Source of the DNA: Proteobacteria bacterium SG_bin7
GTDB lineage: Bacteria; Bdellovibrionota; Bdellovibrionia; Bdellovibrionales; SG-bin7
Direction of reading: 5' to 3'
Assembly (NCBI GenBank): GCA_002083485.1
Contig: LWDK01000036.1
Coordinates: 36,680-100,679 of the forward strand
DNA: 64,000 bases
Within the stretch, counting starts at the first letter, position 1. Every line of letters begins with the position of its first letter. The translations under genes were made by a program, and so were the position numbers. Below the pieces are notes generated by a model that had not been told where the DNA came from, made no database searches, and saw nothing but the letters and a program-made list of their open reading frames with translations. This document shows positions 35,883-45,366 of the stretch, one piece after another.

Positions 35883-38021
35883 ATGACAAAGAAATTGGCC
35901 TCACGAGTCGCGCTAATTGTGTTTATCACCATTTCGGCGGTCGCCTATAAATGGTTTGAGTTAGATCAGTACGTCTCCCTGGAAAACCTTAAATTTCACC
36001 GGGCATCTATTCATTCTTATTACTTAATGAATCCAATACGTCTGGGTGGAGCCTACGTGCTTATTTATATCCTTTCAACGGCCCTCTCTTTACCCGGCGC
36101 CACCATACTAACTCTTGGCGCCGGTGCGATTTTTGGCTTTAAACTTGGGTTCGTCCTTGTTTCATTTGCCAGCACTATTGGAGCAACATTGGCATTCTTA
36201 GCTTCTCGTTTCCTTTTTCGCGATCTCATTCGAAGCAAGTTTAAAAATAATCTGGCAAGCATCAACGAAGGCATAAAAAAGGATGGACCCTTTTACCTTT
36301 TCACCTTGCGACTAGTTCCGATTTTTCCATTTTTCCTCATCAATTTAGTTATGGGTGTCACCGAAATAAGCACTCTTACTTTCTATTTTGTGAGTCAGAT
36401 GGGAATGCTCGCAGGCACCGCCGTCTATGTTAACGCCGGAACCCAGTTGGCGCAAATCGAATCTGTTCATGACATTTTGTCAGCTAAGCTTTTACTTTCG
36501 TTTGCTCTCGTAGGGGTGTTACCTATTTTTTCAAAATGGGTAGTTGAGTCTGTCAGGTCACAAAAACATCGGCGCAAATATAAAAAGCCCAAACACTTTA
36601 CCTACAATATGATAGTAATTGGTGGAGGTTCCGCAGGCCTGGTTTCGGCCTACATTGCTGCTGCGGTGAAATCTAAAGTGGCTCTCATTGAAAAACACAA
36701 AATGGGTGGAGATTGCTTAAATACAGGCTGCGTCCCGAGCAAAGCATTTATCCGTTCGGCAAAGATTTTTAACGAGATTAAGCGGTCTCGTGAATTCGGT
36801 ATTGAGACGTCAGTGAACAAAATTGATTTTTCTAAAGTTATGGAACGCGTGCATCGAGCCATAAAAGATATTGAGCCGCATGACTCGATAAATCGCTACA
36901 CAGGTTTAGGAGTTGAGTGCATTCAAGGAGAAGCAAAAATCCTCACACCTTATGAAGTCGAAGTAAATGGTCAAATCCTAACTACAAAAAATATTGTAAT
37001 CGCCACCGGCGCATCACCTCTTATTCCGCCAATTCCTGGATTATCGGAAATTAAGTATCTAACAAGCGAAAATGTTTGGGCACTACGTGATCTTCCCAAA
37101 TGCTTGTTGGTATTAGGTGGAGGCCCCATAGGTTGCGAGCTGGCACAGAGTTTCTCACGATTCGGTTCAAAAGTGACGATCGTTGAAAGGGCTCCGAGAA
37201 TTCTAGCTCGCGAAGATGAAGATGTTTCTAATATCCTAACAACGGAGCTACTTAAAGAGGGTGTAACTGTATTGACAGAACACCATGCGCTTCGGGTAGA
37301 TGCTGGCGCAAAAGTGCTTATTTGCGAATACCACGGGAAAGAGGTTAGAGTTCCATTCGATGAAATTTTGCTTGCTATTGGCCGTCAAGCAAATATTAGA
37401 GGCTTCGGACTTGAAAATCTAGGTATTGAGATTTCAATGCAAGGAACCATAGTTGCCGACGAATACTTGAGAACTAACTATTCCAATATTTATACCTGTG
37501 GTGATGTGACAGGGCCTTATCAATTCACTCATACAGCAGGTCATCAGGCGTGGTATGTTGCCGTGAATGCTCTTTTTAGCCCATTTAAAAAATATAAGGT
37601 TGATTATCGTGTGATTCCTTGGTGCACATTTACAGATCCAGAAGTCGCTCATGTAGGGCTCAGCGAACAAGAAGCCACGGAAAAAGAAATTCCCTATCAC
37701 GTGTCACGCTATGAGATTGCCGATCTCGATCGCGCCATTGTCGAAGGAGAAGCACGTGGATTCGTAAAAGTGCTGACTGTACCGGGGACCGACAGAATCC
37801 TTGGTGTTACTATCGTCGGCAGTCGCGCCGGTGAAATTATCATCGAATATATTACGGCAATGAAGAATGGGTTTGGGATCAATAAGATTCTCAGCACTAT
37901 TCATATTTATCCGACATTTTCAGAGGCAAACAAGTATGCGGCGGGAGTATGGAAAAAAGCAACTGCTCCGAAAAAGGCCTTAGAACTCTTGGCGAAATAT
38001 CACACCTGGAGGCGCTCTTGA
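35883..38021 (+). CDS. Fusion of a DedA/SNARE-associated (TVP38/TMEM64) membrane domain with a pyridine-nucleotide-disulfide oxidoreductase
   Basis: The N-terminal ~230 aa are polytopic. They are followed by IVIGGGSAGL (FAD), the redox CxxxxC motif GGDCLNTGCVPSK, LVLGGGPIGCE (NAD), and a dimerisation domain (TIHIYPTFSE). Confidence 0.85.
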   Translation: MTKKLASRVALIVFITISAVAYKWFELDQYVSLENLKFHRASIHSYYLMNPIRLGGAYVLIYILSTALSLPGATILTLGAGAIFGFKLGFVLVSFASTIGATLAFLASRFLFRDLIRSKFKNNLASINEGIKKDGPFYLFTLRLVPIFPFFLINLVMGVTEISTLTFYFVSQMGMLAGTAVYVNAGTQLAQIESVHDILSAKLLLSFALVGVLPIFSKWVVESVRSQKHRRKYKKPKHFTYNMIVIGGGSAGLVSAYIAAAVKSKVALIEKHKMGGDCLNTGCVPSKAFIRSAKIFNEIKRSREFGIETSVNKIDFSKVMERVHRAIKDIEPHDSINRYTGLGVECIQGEAKILTPYEVEVNGQILTTKNIVIATGASPLIPPIPGLSEIKYLTSENVWALRDLPKCLLVLGGGPIGCELAQSFSRFGSKVTIVERAPRILAREDEDVSNILTTELLKEGVTVLTEHHALRVDAGAKVLICEYHGKEVRVPFDEILLAIGRQANIRGFGLENLGIEISMQGTIVADEYLRTNYSNIYTCGDVTGPYQFTHTAGHQAWYVAVNALFSPFKKYKVDYRVIPWCTFTDPEVAHVGLSEQEATEKEIPYHVSRYEIADLDRAIVEGEARGFVKVLTVPGTDRILGVTIVGSRAGEIIIEYITAMKNGFGINKILSTIHIYPTFSEANKYAAGVWKKATAPKKALELLAKYHTWRRS

Positions 38022-38173
38022 GACACCTTGGCCACAGGGAAACTCACCAACTCGTCGGCCCACTCCTGAGTGCCAAAAAAATATATGTCGATACCCAGCA
38101 AATCGCAAAAAGCCACATGATCTTTATCCATAAGGGCACGCCCGATTCATCAATCTGCGGATTTTCATTTTGA

Positions 38174-38407
38174 CTATGACTCATGTCTCTCTCCCTCAGC
38201 TTCAAAAACTTTATATGAAGTTTCTTCGGAGTCCTTAAATCCTCCAGAACTCTTATGTGCTAGAAATAACGCAAACATTCCTAATGAAATGAATCCTAAA
38301 AACGTTACGATAAAAATTGCAGTTGCTGTGCCACCGTAGTCACAAAATGGACAAGCACGGGCAGTTTGAGTTACCAACAATACGAATAAAAAGATCAAAT
38401 TTCTCAT
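38174..38407 (-). CDS. Small membrane protein, CcoS/FixS-like C-terminal half preceded by a CPFC-bearing extension
   Basis: A hydrophobic N-terminus is followed by ARACPFCDYGG. A TM helix then leads to FLAHKSSGGFKDSEETSYKVF, which resembles the CcoS motif (W-A-x-K-S-G-Q-F-D-D-x-E). It starts 1 nt after the ccoO/P stop. Confidence 0.45.
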   Translation of the reverse strand: MRNLIFLFVLLVTQTARACPFCDYGGTATAIFIVTFLGFISLGMFALFLAHKSSGGFKDSEETSYKVFEAEGERHES

Positions 38408-38408
38408 C

Positions 38409-39578
38409 TCACAGATCCTTGTTATTTAAACCTGTAATGTATGCTGACAATGATTCCAAGTCCTCGTTGCTAAAACCAGGAAAGGGTGGCATAGCACTTC
38501 CGGGTACACCTTGCTGCAAAATTTCTTTCAAGTAACTTGTTTTAAATAATCGGCGTGTAAAATCCTTTGGCCGTGGATTCAACGCCATTCCCGCCGGTCC
38601 ATCGCCCGCTCCCATATTACCATGGCATACTGCACATGACGTTTTAAAAATTGTCTCACCTTTTTTCTGATCTATGTTTCCCAACGCCTTCATTTGCGTC
38701 TGGGTTTCATTTCCTAAAAATGCCACGTACTCCGCCAATGCCCACAAGTCTTTTTCTGGCATTTCACGAAAACTCGGCATCGCCGAACCCAATATCCCGC
38801 GATTTAAAATCGCGTACGCTTCTGACGGAGAAATAAACCGGTCAACAAGGTTGGCAGGTTTCGGTTTTAAAAATGGTGCCGCTCTTCCATTTCCCTTGCC
38901 GGTATCCGCATGACAACCTATGCAATTTTGCACAAAAAGTTCTTTGCCGCGTTCTCTATCTATCTCTCCCCCACTCGGAAAACCACTCACTTTAAATGTT
39001 TTTGGGTATACGATGTTTTGAATCTGCTCTTTGTACCCATGCCCCAAATATTGTAAATACGCGACTAAATCTGTGGCTTCTTCTTTCGGTTTAGTTTCCC
39101 CGCCACTTTTTTCAAATAGCCATGGGTAACTTGGCATCACCGATTCGGGCGTCGTAAAGCGCGGATTGTAGAGATGCGCTAAATGCCAGTCGTCAGAGCG
39201 CCGGCCCGATTCACGACTAAGGTCGGGGCCAATTCGGCGGGTACCATAGGTTTGTGGCACATCATACATACTTTCCCAAGCTTTGCTCGGAGGTCCGTAG
39301 CGATATGGCTCGCCGGCAACGGGCCTTACAAATTGTGAATGGCAATGAAAGCACGCCTCACGGATATAAATTTTTCTTCCCCGTCCCACACTCGTGATTT
39401 TGCCATCACCATCAATATAGGGATTTCCTTCGTTCTGCGAAGCTGCGATCACCGTGTTAAGTGAGGTCCACGGGGCAAGCCCCATAGCCAATAGGGATAG
39501 AACAAAACATCCTACTCCGGCTATCAAAAGAAAAAATATTGGCCTTTCAAATTTTGAACCCGAATTCACATTAGACAT
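38409..39578 (-). CDS. ccoO: cbb3-type cytochrome c oxidase: fused mono-haem CcoO and di-haem CcoP-like subunit
   Basis: CcoO block IYIREACFHCHSQFVRP...YGTRRIGPDLSRESGRRSDDWHLAHLYNPR...VMPSYPWLF, followed by two more CxxCH motifs (NCIGCH, SCAVCH). It overlaps ccoN by 8 nt. Confidence 0.85.
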   Translation of the reverse strand: MSNVNSGSKFERPIFFLLIAGVGCFVLSLLAMGLAPWTSLNTVIAASQNEGNPYIDGDGKITSVGRGRKIYIREACFHCHSQFVRPVAGEPYRYGPPSKAWESMYDVPQTYGTRRIGPDLSRESGRRSDDWHLAHLYNPRFTTPESVMPSYPWLFEKSGGETKPKEEATDLVAYLQYLGHGYKEQIQNIVYPKTFKVSGFPSGGEIDRERGKELFVQNCIGCHADTGKGNGRAAPFLKPKPANLVDRFISPSEAYAILNRGILGSAMPSFREMPEKDLWALAEYVAFLGNETQTQMKALGNIDQKKGETIFKTSCAVCHGNMGAGDGPAGMALNPRPKDFTRRLFKTSYLKEILQQGVPGSAMPPFPGFSNEDLESLSAYITGLNNKDL

Positions 39579-40941
39579 TTTGCTTCTCCTCGATTACTTT
39601 TTGACGTGGCATCATATTTATCACCATAAGAAATACACCCAACATTAACATCACTCCCGACAGTGCTCTCGGAATCCAAAAGGGTTGCGAAGCGACAAGA
39701 GAATCAATAAACGGCAAGCCCCGTAACCACGCAAAGCCCTGCATTAGCCCAGCAATGGTATCGGGAATATAATAGAAAATATAGAAGCCAATAAACGTTA
39801 ACCAGAAATGCCATTCGGAAAGCGTTTTCGAACGCATTTCTCGACCCGCCACCTTTGGCCATGCAAAATAAATAAATGCGTAAATCCACCAAGAGAAAAC
39901 ACCGAAGAGAGCCAGGTGAGCGTGGGCCACCACCCAATCAGTAAAATGAATTACTCGTTGAACACTAAAGAGTGCATGAAATGGACCTTGGGTACAAGTA
40001 ATGATGTACGAGAAAATTCCAAACGTTAAAAAGCGTAATGACATATTTTCCGTAAAAAGCGACCATCGCCCCTTCATTGTCGCGAAGAAATTATAAACGA
40101 CAGTATAAACAACAAAGATCAAAGCACTCGTTAATGGTACGGCGAGCGACTGTAACCACCAAGGCACCGGACTATAAAAATAGTGATGCGATCCACCGAG
40201 TGGATACAAAATTGCCAAAGTCCAAAAGCCTAACAGCGAAAGTTTGTGACTAGCAATAGGTCGCTTTACCAAAATGGGTAAAAGATAATAACAAATCGCC
40301 ACACCCATCGGCGTCACCCAAAGACCAACGGCATTGTGAATCCATAACCCCGAGAGGGCCGCCCCAGCAGCCCCAGGAGCTACATGCGCCACTATCGTAT
40401 TTGCCATAATAAAATTAAGCGCGGTAAAAGTAAAACCAAGTATGAGATACCACACCGAGACGTAGAGTTGGCCAATATTTTTGGCCACAAACACCGTACC
40501 TAGACTACAGACAATTTGAAATACAAAAGCAAGCGCGAAAAAGACATCGCACCACCATGGAGCTTCGGCGTACTCAACGCCTTCTGCATAACCAGTGAGG
40601 AGAGCAAATGCCCCCAAGATCAAAGCAAGTTGAGTGAAGTATACATTGAACTTCGCTAGTTTTGGTAAAAATAATTTTTGATTAAGAAGTTTTGGAATTG
40701 CGTAATATGAAAAAGCAAAAAAACCATTCGTTAGCCATCCAAAAATGACAGTGTGAGTATGAAACATTCTAATGCGACCAAAGTTAAGCCATTCTATATT
40801 TTGAAGGAACTCTGCCGCCTGCGGTGAAATCAGGCGATAAGCCAGGGTCAAACCACCTAACATACCAAAGAGCAACCAGCCGATGGCAATCATCAGATGC
40901 GCCCTTACCAGGTAGTAGGTCTCTTTTTCATGTACTTGCAT
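39571..40941 (-). CDS. ccoN: cbb3-type cytochrome c oxidase subunit I (CcoN)
   Basis: It has 12-TM haem-copper oxidase topology with conserved His clusters (MFHTHTVIFGW, GGSHHYFYSP, WVVAHAHLALFG) and sits immediately upstream of ccoO. Confidence 0.85.
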   Translation of the reverse strand: MQVHEKETYYLVRAHLMIAIGWLLFGMLGGLTLAYRLISPQAAEFLQNIEWLNFGRIRMFHTHTVIFGWLTNGFFAFSYYAIPKLLNQKLFLPKLAKFNVYFTQLALILGAFALLTGYAEGVEYAEAPWWCDVFFALAFVFQIVCSLGTVFVAKNIGQLYVSVWYLILGFTFTALNFIMANTIVAHVAPGAAGAALSGLWIHNAVGLWVTPMGVAICYYLLPILVKRPIASHKLSLLGFWTLAILYPLGGSHHYFYSPVPWWLQSLAVPLTSALIFVVYTVVYNFFATMKGRWSLFTENMSLRFLTFGIFSYIITCTQGPFHALFSVQRVIHFTDWVVAHAHLALFGVFSWWIYAFIYFAWPKVAGREMRSKTLSEWHFWLTFIGFYIFYYIPDTIAGLMQGFAWLRGLPFIDSLVASQPFWIPRALSGVMLMLGVFLMVINMMPRQKVIEEKQNV

Positions 40942-40951
40942 TCTCTTGCTC

Positions 40952-41956
40952 CTAAAGAAAATTATTATCTAACTTTGAATTTACGAAATTGTTGGCATTG
41001 GAAATTGTCGTCTCAGCAATTTGTCCAAGCGCTTCCTGGGTTAGAAATGCCTGGTGCGATGTGATTAACACATTCGGGAATGTCATTAATCTGACCAGGA
41101 TGTCATCATCGATGATGTCCTCAGAATGATCTTTAAAAAAAATATTTTCCTCTTCTTCGTAAACATCCAAGGCTGCTCCTGCTAACTTCTTTGCCTTCAG
41201 TGACTTTATAAGAGCCCTCGTGTCGACTAACCCGCCCCGCGAGGTATTAATCAAAAAAGAATGGTGTTTCATCTTCGAAAAAGTTTCGCTATTTAGAATA
41301 GCTTTAGTACTTGAGTTTAATGGAACATGCAAACTAACGACGTCGGATATATTTAACAAGAAAGATAAGTCAACATATTCGACCTCATGCTCTTTTGCCC
41401 AGACACGATCGGGAGAAATATCACAGGCCACGACCTTAGCTCCAAATCCGCGAAATATTTGTGCTGTCTTTTTGCCGATATTTCCAGTACCCAAAATACC
41501 AACTACTTGGTTACTTACATTCAAGCCCACCAAGCCGCTTAAAGAGAAATTTCCCTCGCGAATGCGGTCATGGGCTTTATGAATTTTTCGGTTGAGACAC
41601 AGATACAGCGCAACTGCGAACTCCGCGACCGCCTCCGGAGAGTATTTTGGCACACGAGCTACTTTCATTCCAAATCTTTTCGCGGCCTCCACATCGACGT
41701 GATTGAAACCAGCGCTTCTCAACAATAAAAGTGAAACACCGTATTCCCTTAATTTTTGCAAACAAGAAGCATCCAGCTTATCAGTGACAAAAACACAAAC
41801 GGCCTGATAGCCACGCACGATTTCTGCCGTCTCAGTTTTCAGAAAGGCATCCGTAAACGTCCACTGAATATCAGATTCATCAATCGACTTAGGCAGACAC
41901 CTTGAAAAGGCCTCTTCTTCAAAAGGCTTTGTCGACGTCACCAATACTCTAAACAT
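40952..41956 (-). CDS. ldhA: D-lactate dehydrogenase (D-isomer 2-hydroxyacid dehydrogenase)
   Basis: It reads RSAGFNHVDVEAAK, VGILGTGNIGKKTAQIF, LINTSRGGLVD, LDVYEEEE and ITSHQAFLT, colinear with E. coli LdhA as I recall it. ATG 41956 (MFRVLV) overlaps the usp stop (TAATG). Confidence 0.8.
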   Translation of the reverse strand: MFRVLVTSTKPFEEEAFSRCLPKSIDESDIQWTFTDAFLKTETAEIVRGYQAVCVFVTDKLDASCLQKLREYGVSLLLLRSAGFNHVDVEAAKRFGMKVARVPKYSPEAVAEFAVALYLCLNRKIHKAHDRIREGNFSLSGLVGLNVSNQVVGILGTGNIGKKTAQIFRGFGAKVVACDISPDRVWAKEHEVEYVDLSFLLNISDVVSLHVPLNSSTKAILNSETFSKMKHHSFLINTSRGGLVDTRALIKSLKAKKLAGAALDVYEEEENIFFKDHSEDIIDDDILVRLMTFPNVLITSHQAFLTQEALGQIAETTISNANNFVNSKLDNNFL

Positions 41957-42879
41957 TAATGAACCACCCACGTCGCGCAGTCGCCATAGCGAACGACCTG
42001 CCGAGTGATCCCGCCGGTAAGCATATTTTCAACGGGTCCAGAGATGGATGCCATCGCCACAAGTTTGATTTTTTTTGTTTTAGCAACGCGAAGAATTTCG
42101 TCCGTTATAGATTTTGTCGTAATTACAAAAATTCCTTCGCATGTCACGCCTGATTTTTGACAGCGCTTCACTAACTTATCGAGCCTTGTTTTAGAATCGC
42201 TCTTCATCTTATCCAGCATTCCGTCGTAATAGTCGTAGGTAATGCCGCTAAGCTCGACGGACGCCCAGTTTGCCTGGGTATTTCCAAAAACATGCAGCAC
42301 GTAAAGCTTAGATCCCAGTTTTTTTGCCATTGGTAAAACCTTTAGAAGAGATTTAACCGAGCGAATACTGAGATCTGTTGGAAATAATATTGAGGTGATA
42401 CTGGTGGCACTTTTTGTATTCGGATTGAGAGATATCACGGGAACAGGCGAATGCATAAGCAGCGTTTCCACAAAGCTTCCCAACCAAAAGCGCGGCAATC
42501 CCCGGCGCGCATGCGTGGTCGCGAATATGCAAGTCGCCTTTTCATCTTTTGCATTAGCAATAAACGTATCAACGGATCCTCGAAGTGAATTGGAGTTATC
42601 GGTCAAGACAATCCCCGGTAAAAAGTAGGCCGACTTAAATTGTTTTAATGCTTCATCAAGCTTAGCTTGAGCCTTTTGTACAAAGTCGAGCTCATCAGGA
42701 GGAATGAAGTAGTCCATTGGCAAAAAAAACATATAGGGACTCAATATATACGTTGGCTTAACTACCGCACCTAAATCTCGCGCCAGCTTTTCCAGGTAAA
42801 TCACAGATTTGGTAAGTAGGTTTTTTTCAGTCTTAAATGGATCAATTGCCCAAATTATCATCGCTTTGCTTCTAGACAT
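41956..42879 (-). CDS. Tandem universal stress protein (UspA-UspA)
   Basis: Two Usp-like halves, each ending in a ...G(S)x(9)...V(V)V(H)-type motif (ATTHARRGLPRFWLGSFVETLLMHSPVPVISL; MASISGPVENMLTGGITRQVVRYGDCATWVVH). Confidence 0.75.
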   Translation of the reverse strand: MSRSKAMIIWAIDPFKTEKNLLTKSVIYLEKLARDLGAVVKPTYILSPYMFFLPMDYFIPPDELDFVQKAQAKLDEALKQFKSAYFLPGIVLTDNSNSLRGSVDTFIANAKDEKATCIFATTHARRGLPRFWLGSFVETLLMHSPVPVISLNPNTKSATSITSILFPTDLSIRSVKSLLKVLPMAKKLGSKLYVLHVFGNTQANWASVELSGITYDYYDGMLDKMKSDSKTRLDKLVKRCQKSGVTCEGIFVITTKSITDEILRVAKTKKIKLVAMASISGPVENMLTGGITRQVVRYGDCATWVVH

Positions 42880-42958
42880 TATGTCCCCTCTTGTATTTTA
42901 ATTATTTTCTAAAGTGCAATACTTCGACCTAGCCAAAAATGAACTAATTAGATCTAAT

Positions 42959-43001
42959 GAAAAAAAGATGACAGCCTGTCCAGGACTCAGGACAAACCGT
43001 C
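42959..43001 (-). terminator. Rho-independent terminator after the 254-aa secreted protein gene
   Basis: The minus-strand RNA reads GACGGUUUGUCC-UGAGUCC-UGGACAGGCUGUC, a 12-bp stem counting G-U pairs. It is followed by AUCUUUUUUUC and begins 14 nt after the stop. Confidence 0.7.
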
Positions 43002-43014
43002 ATAAAGTATTAGC

Positions 43015-43779
43015 CTAATATCCCCCGCCTCTAACATCGGTAACATCGGGCAGAATGCTAAACATACGGCTTAGGCCTTGTCCGTTCATGCTTCGCACAT
43101 GAACCATGTAGCGGCCAGCCTTTAATTTTCCTAACGATATAATTTTTTCAAGTGGCCATGGGGTAATTGAACAAAACTTGGTACTTACAATTTGCATTTT
43201 TGGCTTTACCACAATGATATCATTAAACCGCTCGATCTCGACACTCTTCCAATCCAAACAACGCGAACCAATTACACCAGTTAAAACAATTTGAACGCTC
43301 TCAGTCTCGTCCATCATTTCGGGAACAAAAAAGTTGGATACAGGGGCATAAATTTCGTCGTCCGTGGATTCAGTTTGAGTTTCGCTAACGACAAAGGAGC
43401 GACTTGACCAACCACTACTGCCTCGAAATTCGACTCTATATTCCCCTGGCGACAAAACTCCGAAGGAAATTTCTTTGCTAAAATAACCTGGCAATCCCAA
43501 ATGCCTTGGTAGGGGCGAACGATGGCACTCTTTGGTCGATCGTACTCTTGCCATCTGGCGAACATAGAAAACTTTGTTTTCAGAATCAAAGCGCACGTCC
43601 GTATCAGAAACCTGCTGGCATTGATTGGCCAGGGTTCCGTCCAACATAACCAGAACATTGTCATTGCTATCGAAACCCGTTGGCGGAACAAAAACTTTTT
43701 CAACCAGTGTTTCAACGGTGTGATCTGCACCCGAGTTTAATGCTATCATCGTGACTGCAAAAAATAATATTTTTTTCAT
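43015..43779 (-). CDS. Secreted protein built from two ~110-aa internal repeats
   Basis: It has a signal peptide. The halves VFVPPTGFDSNDNVLVMLDGTLANQC...GEYRVEFRG and FFVPEMMDETESVQIVLTGVIGSRC...GRYMVHVRS are colinear, each with two Cys. Confidence 0.6.
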   Translation of the reverse strand: MKKILFFAVTMIALNSGADHTVETLVEKVFVPPTGFDSNDNVLVMLDGTLANQCQQVSDTDVRFDSENKVFYVRQMARVRSTKECHRSPLPRHLGLPGYFSKEISFGVLSPGEYRVEFRGSSGWSSRSFVVSETQTESTDDEIYAPVSNFFVPEMMDETESVQIVLTGVIGSRCLDWKSVEIERFNDIIVVKPKMQIVSTKFCSITPWPLEKIISLGKLKAGRYMVHVRSMNGQGLSRMFSILPDVTDVRGGGY

Positions 43780-43798
43780 TTTCTTCTCCTTATGTTAG

Positions 43799-45307
43799 TT
43801 AATGTTTGTTACTAATTTCTACTAAACTATTTAAAATTTTGGCGAGAGGCTGAGAGCGTACTGCTGCTTCCTCGGCGTGCTTTTTCCATGCATCAGAAAG
43901 TGCCGATTTACCATCCCAATTGGGCTGGCCCAGTAAGTAGTAGTCATTTTTTGCCAAAGCCTTTGCGTCTTTTGTCGGCGTCCACAAAAAATCAGGGTGC
44001 GGTGTTTTGTACCACTCGCCACCTAATATATTTCCATTAGAATCAAGTTCTAAGTCATAAACATATAAAACAGTTCGCGAAAGGTCGTTCTCCGGCACAT
44101 CACTTTCAGAATGAGTTGGTGACGTCTCCACGCCGTAGGTTACCTGCATCGTAACTCCCACTATGGAACTCGCTTCGCGCGACCTATGTTTTGCGAACTT
44201 ATCATTGGGGAAATTTGCAACATCAATTCTGGCTTCGTCTAGCTTCGCCACCTTCATGGTCTGAGGATTGAAATAACTATAAGAGTACTTTATTATCGGC
44301 TGATTCCAAACTTGATAGTCAAAAGTTGCATCCAACACGAAACTCTGCTTGCTCAAACCAACTCTATTAACAATAGTATTGTGCCAGGTGGCTGGATTAC
44401 TGTCACGACACTCGGATTTTTTTGGTCGGCCATTTTCATCAAGAGGAGGATTCCTATCATTACAACGTTCACCTGCAAAAAGTGTCTGCGTTCGCGTATT
44501 GGCCCATAGCAAAGACTGCAAAGCCTTAATGTCATCTGGAAAGAATTTGATTTTAGTTTTTCCATCGAAAGCCAAAACTTCGATGGCTTTCTTCGGACGC
44601 GGCGACATGTAAGAGGCGGCAGCCCAACCATGACAAATTCCCATCCATGCTTCTACCTTTCCGTGAGCTTTGTAGTAGTATTCGCCTTCTTCCCAAAGAG
44701 CCTTCGTAAGTGAACCTGATTTTTCATTTACTAAAAGGTCATATTTTTCCGCAGGAGATAGGTTGTCGATAGAAGTGCGGACCGAACTTTCAAAAACTAT
44801 GTAAAAAGGATTCTTAGAAACGTAATCAAAATTTTCATTCCACTCTGAAGAGTTAGGAAACTTATCGTCATTATAGCGGGCCGCTGGCCCCCCTTTATGA
44901 TGTGGCCAATAATCATCAGACCAGGGCTTATTGTAAACCTCTCCTTTTTGCAAACCGTGTTTTTCCATTTCAAGTATTGAATCAGTGTAAGCGTCTCCCT
45001 CTATGAGAGCTCTGGGATTGTCATTTCTTTCGGGCTCGGAGTAAAAATAATCTGCCGACATGACCCTTCGCGAGTTCAATTTTTGCTTAACAAATTCGGT
45101 CGTCAAAACTTCATCGCTGCTAAAAATTCCACCTGTATCTCTTATTATCTTTCCTCGGTTATCTTTTTTTGGATAAAGCGTATTAACGGGAAGTGATGAC
45201 TCCCCTAAATAACTATTTAACTCCTCTTGAATTTCCTTCGAACTAAAATCACTTGCCCAAACACCTGGCACAAAAAAACAAAGCAACACTTTTATAAAAA
45301 TGTTCAT
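43799..45307 (-). CDS. Large secreted hypothetical protein
   Basis: It has a signal peptide (LLCFFVPGVWAS). I could assign no family. The conserved-looking block WMGICHGWAAASYM might hold a catalytic Cys/His, but this is unverified. Confidence 0.6.
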   Translation of the reverse strand: MNIFIKVLLCFFVPGVWASDFSSKEIQEELNSYLGESSLPVNTLYPKKDNRGKIIRDTGGIFSSDEVLTTEFVKQKLNSRRVMSADYFYSEPERNDNPRALIEGDAYTDSILEMEKHGLQKGEVYNKPWSDDYWPHHKGGPAARYNDDKFPNSSEWNENFDYVSKNPFYIVFESSVRTSIDNLSPAEKYDLLVNEKSGSLTKALWEEGEYYYKAHGKVEAWMGICHGWAAASYMSPRPKKAIEVLAFDGKTKIKFFPDDIKALQSLLWANTRTQTLFAGERCNDRNPPLDENGRPKKSECRDSNPATWHNTIVNRVGLSKQSFVLDATFDYQVWNQPIIKYSYSYFNPQTMKVAKLDEARIDVANFPNDKFAKHRSREASSIVGVTMQVTYGVETSPTHSESDVPENDLSRTVLYVYDLELDSNGNILGGEWYKTPHPDFLWTPTKDAKALAKNDYYLLGQPNWDGKSALSDAWKKHAEEAAVRSQPLAKILNSLVEISNKH

Positions 45308-45345
45308 TATAATTCCCCCATTTTTTATTTACGGTTTTGCAATTT

Positions 45346-45361
45346 TGCAAATAGGGTGCCG
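45346..45361 (-). promoter_or_regulatory. Sigma-54 (RpoN) promoter candidate
   Basis: The minus strand reads CGGCACCCTATTTGCA, against the consensus TGGCACG-N4-TTGCA: GGCAC and TTGCA are both intact with correct spacing. It lies 38 nt upstream of ATG 45307, with a GGGGGA SD sequence in between. Confidence 0.65.
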
Positions 45362-45366
45362 TAGCC

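Noticed and set aside
38000-38131. A 43-aa minus-strand ORF (MDKDHVAFCDLLGIDIYFFGTQEWADELV...) downstream of the CcoS-like gene, overlapping the end of the DedA-flavoprotein gene.
   Set aside because: It is too short, has no SD sequence and no recognisable family, and overlaps a well-supported convergent gene.
42947-42958. A perfect 12-bp palindrome, ATTAGATCTAAT, upstream of the usp-ldhA-cco operon, considered as an FNR/CRP-type box.
   Set aside because: It does not match TTGAT-N4-ATCAA. About a dozen AT-rich 12-bp palindromes are expected by chance in a window this size, and there is no second copy near other low-oxygen genes here.
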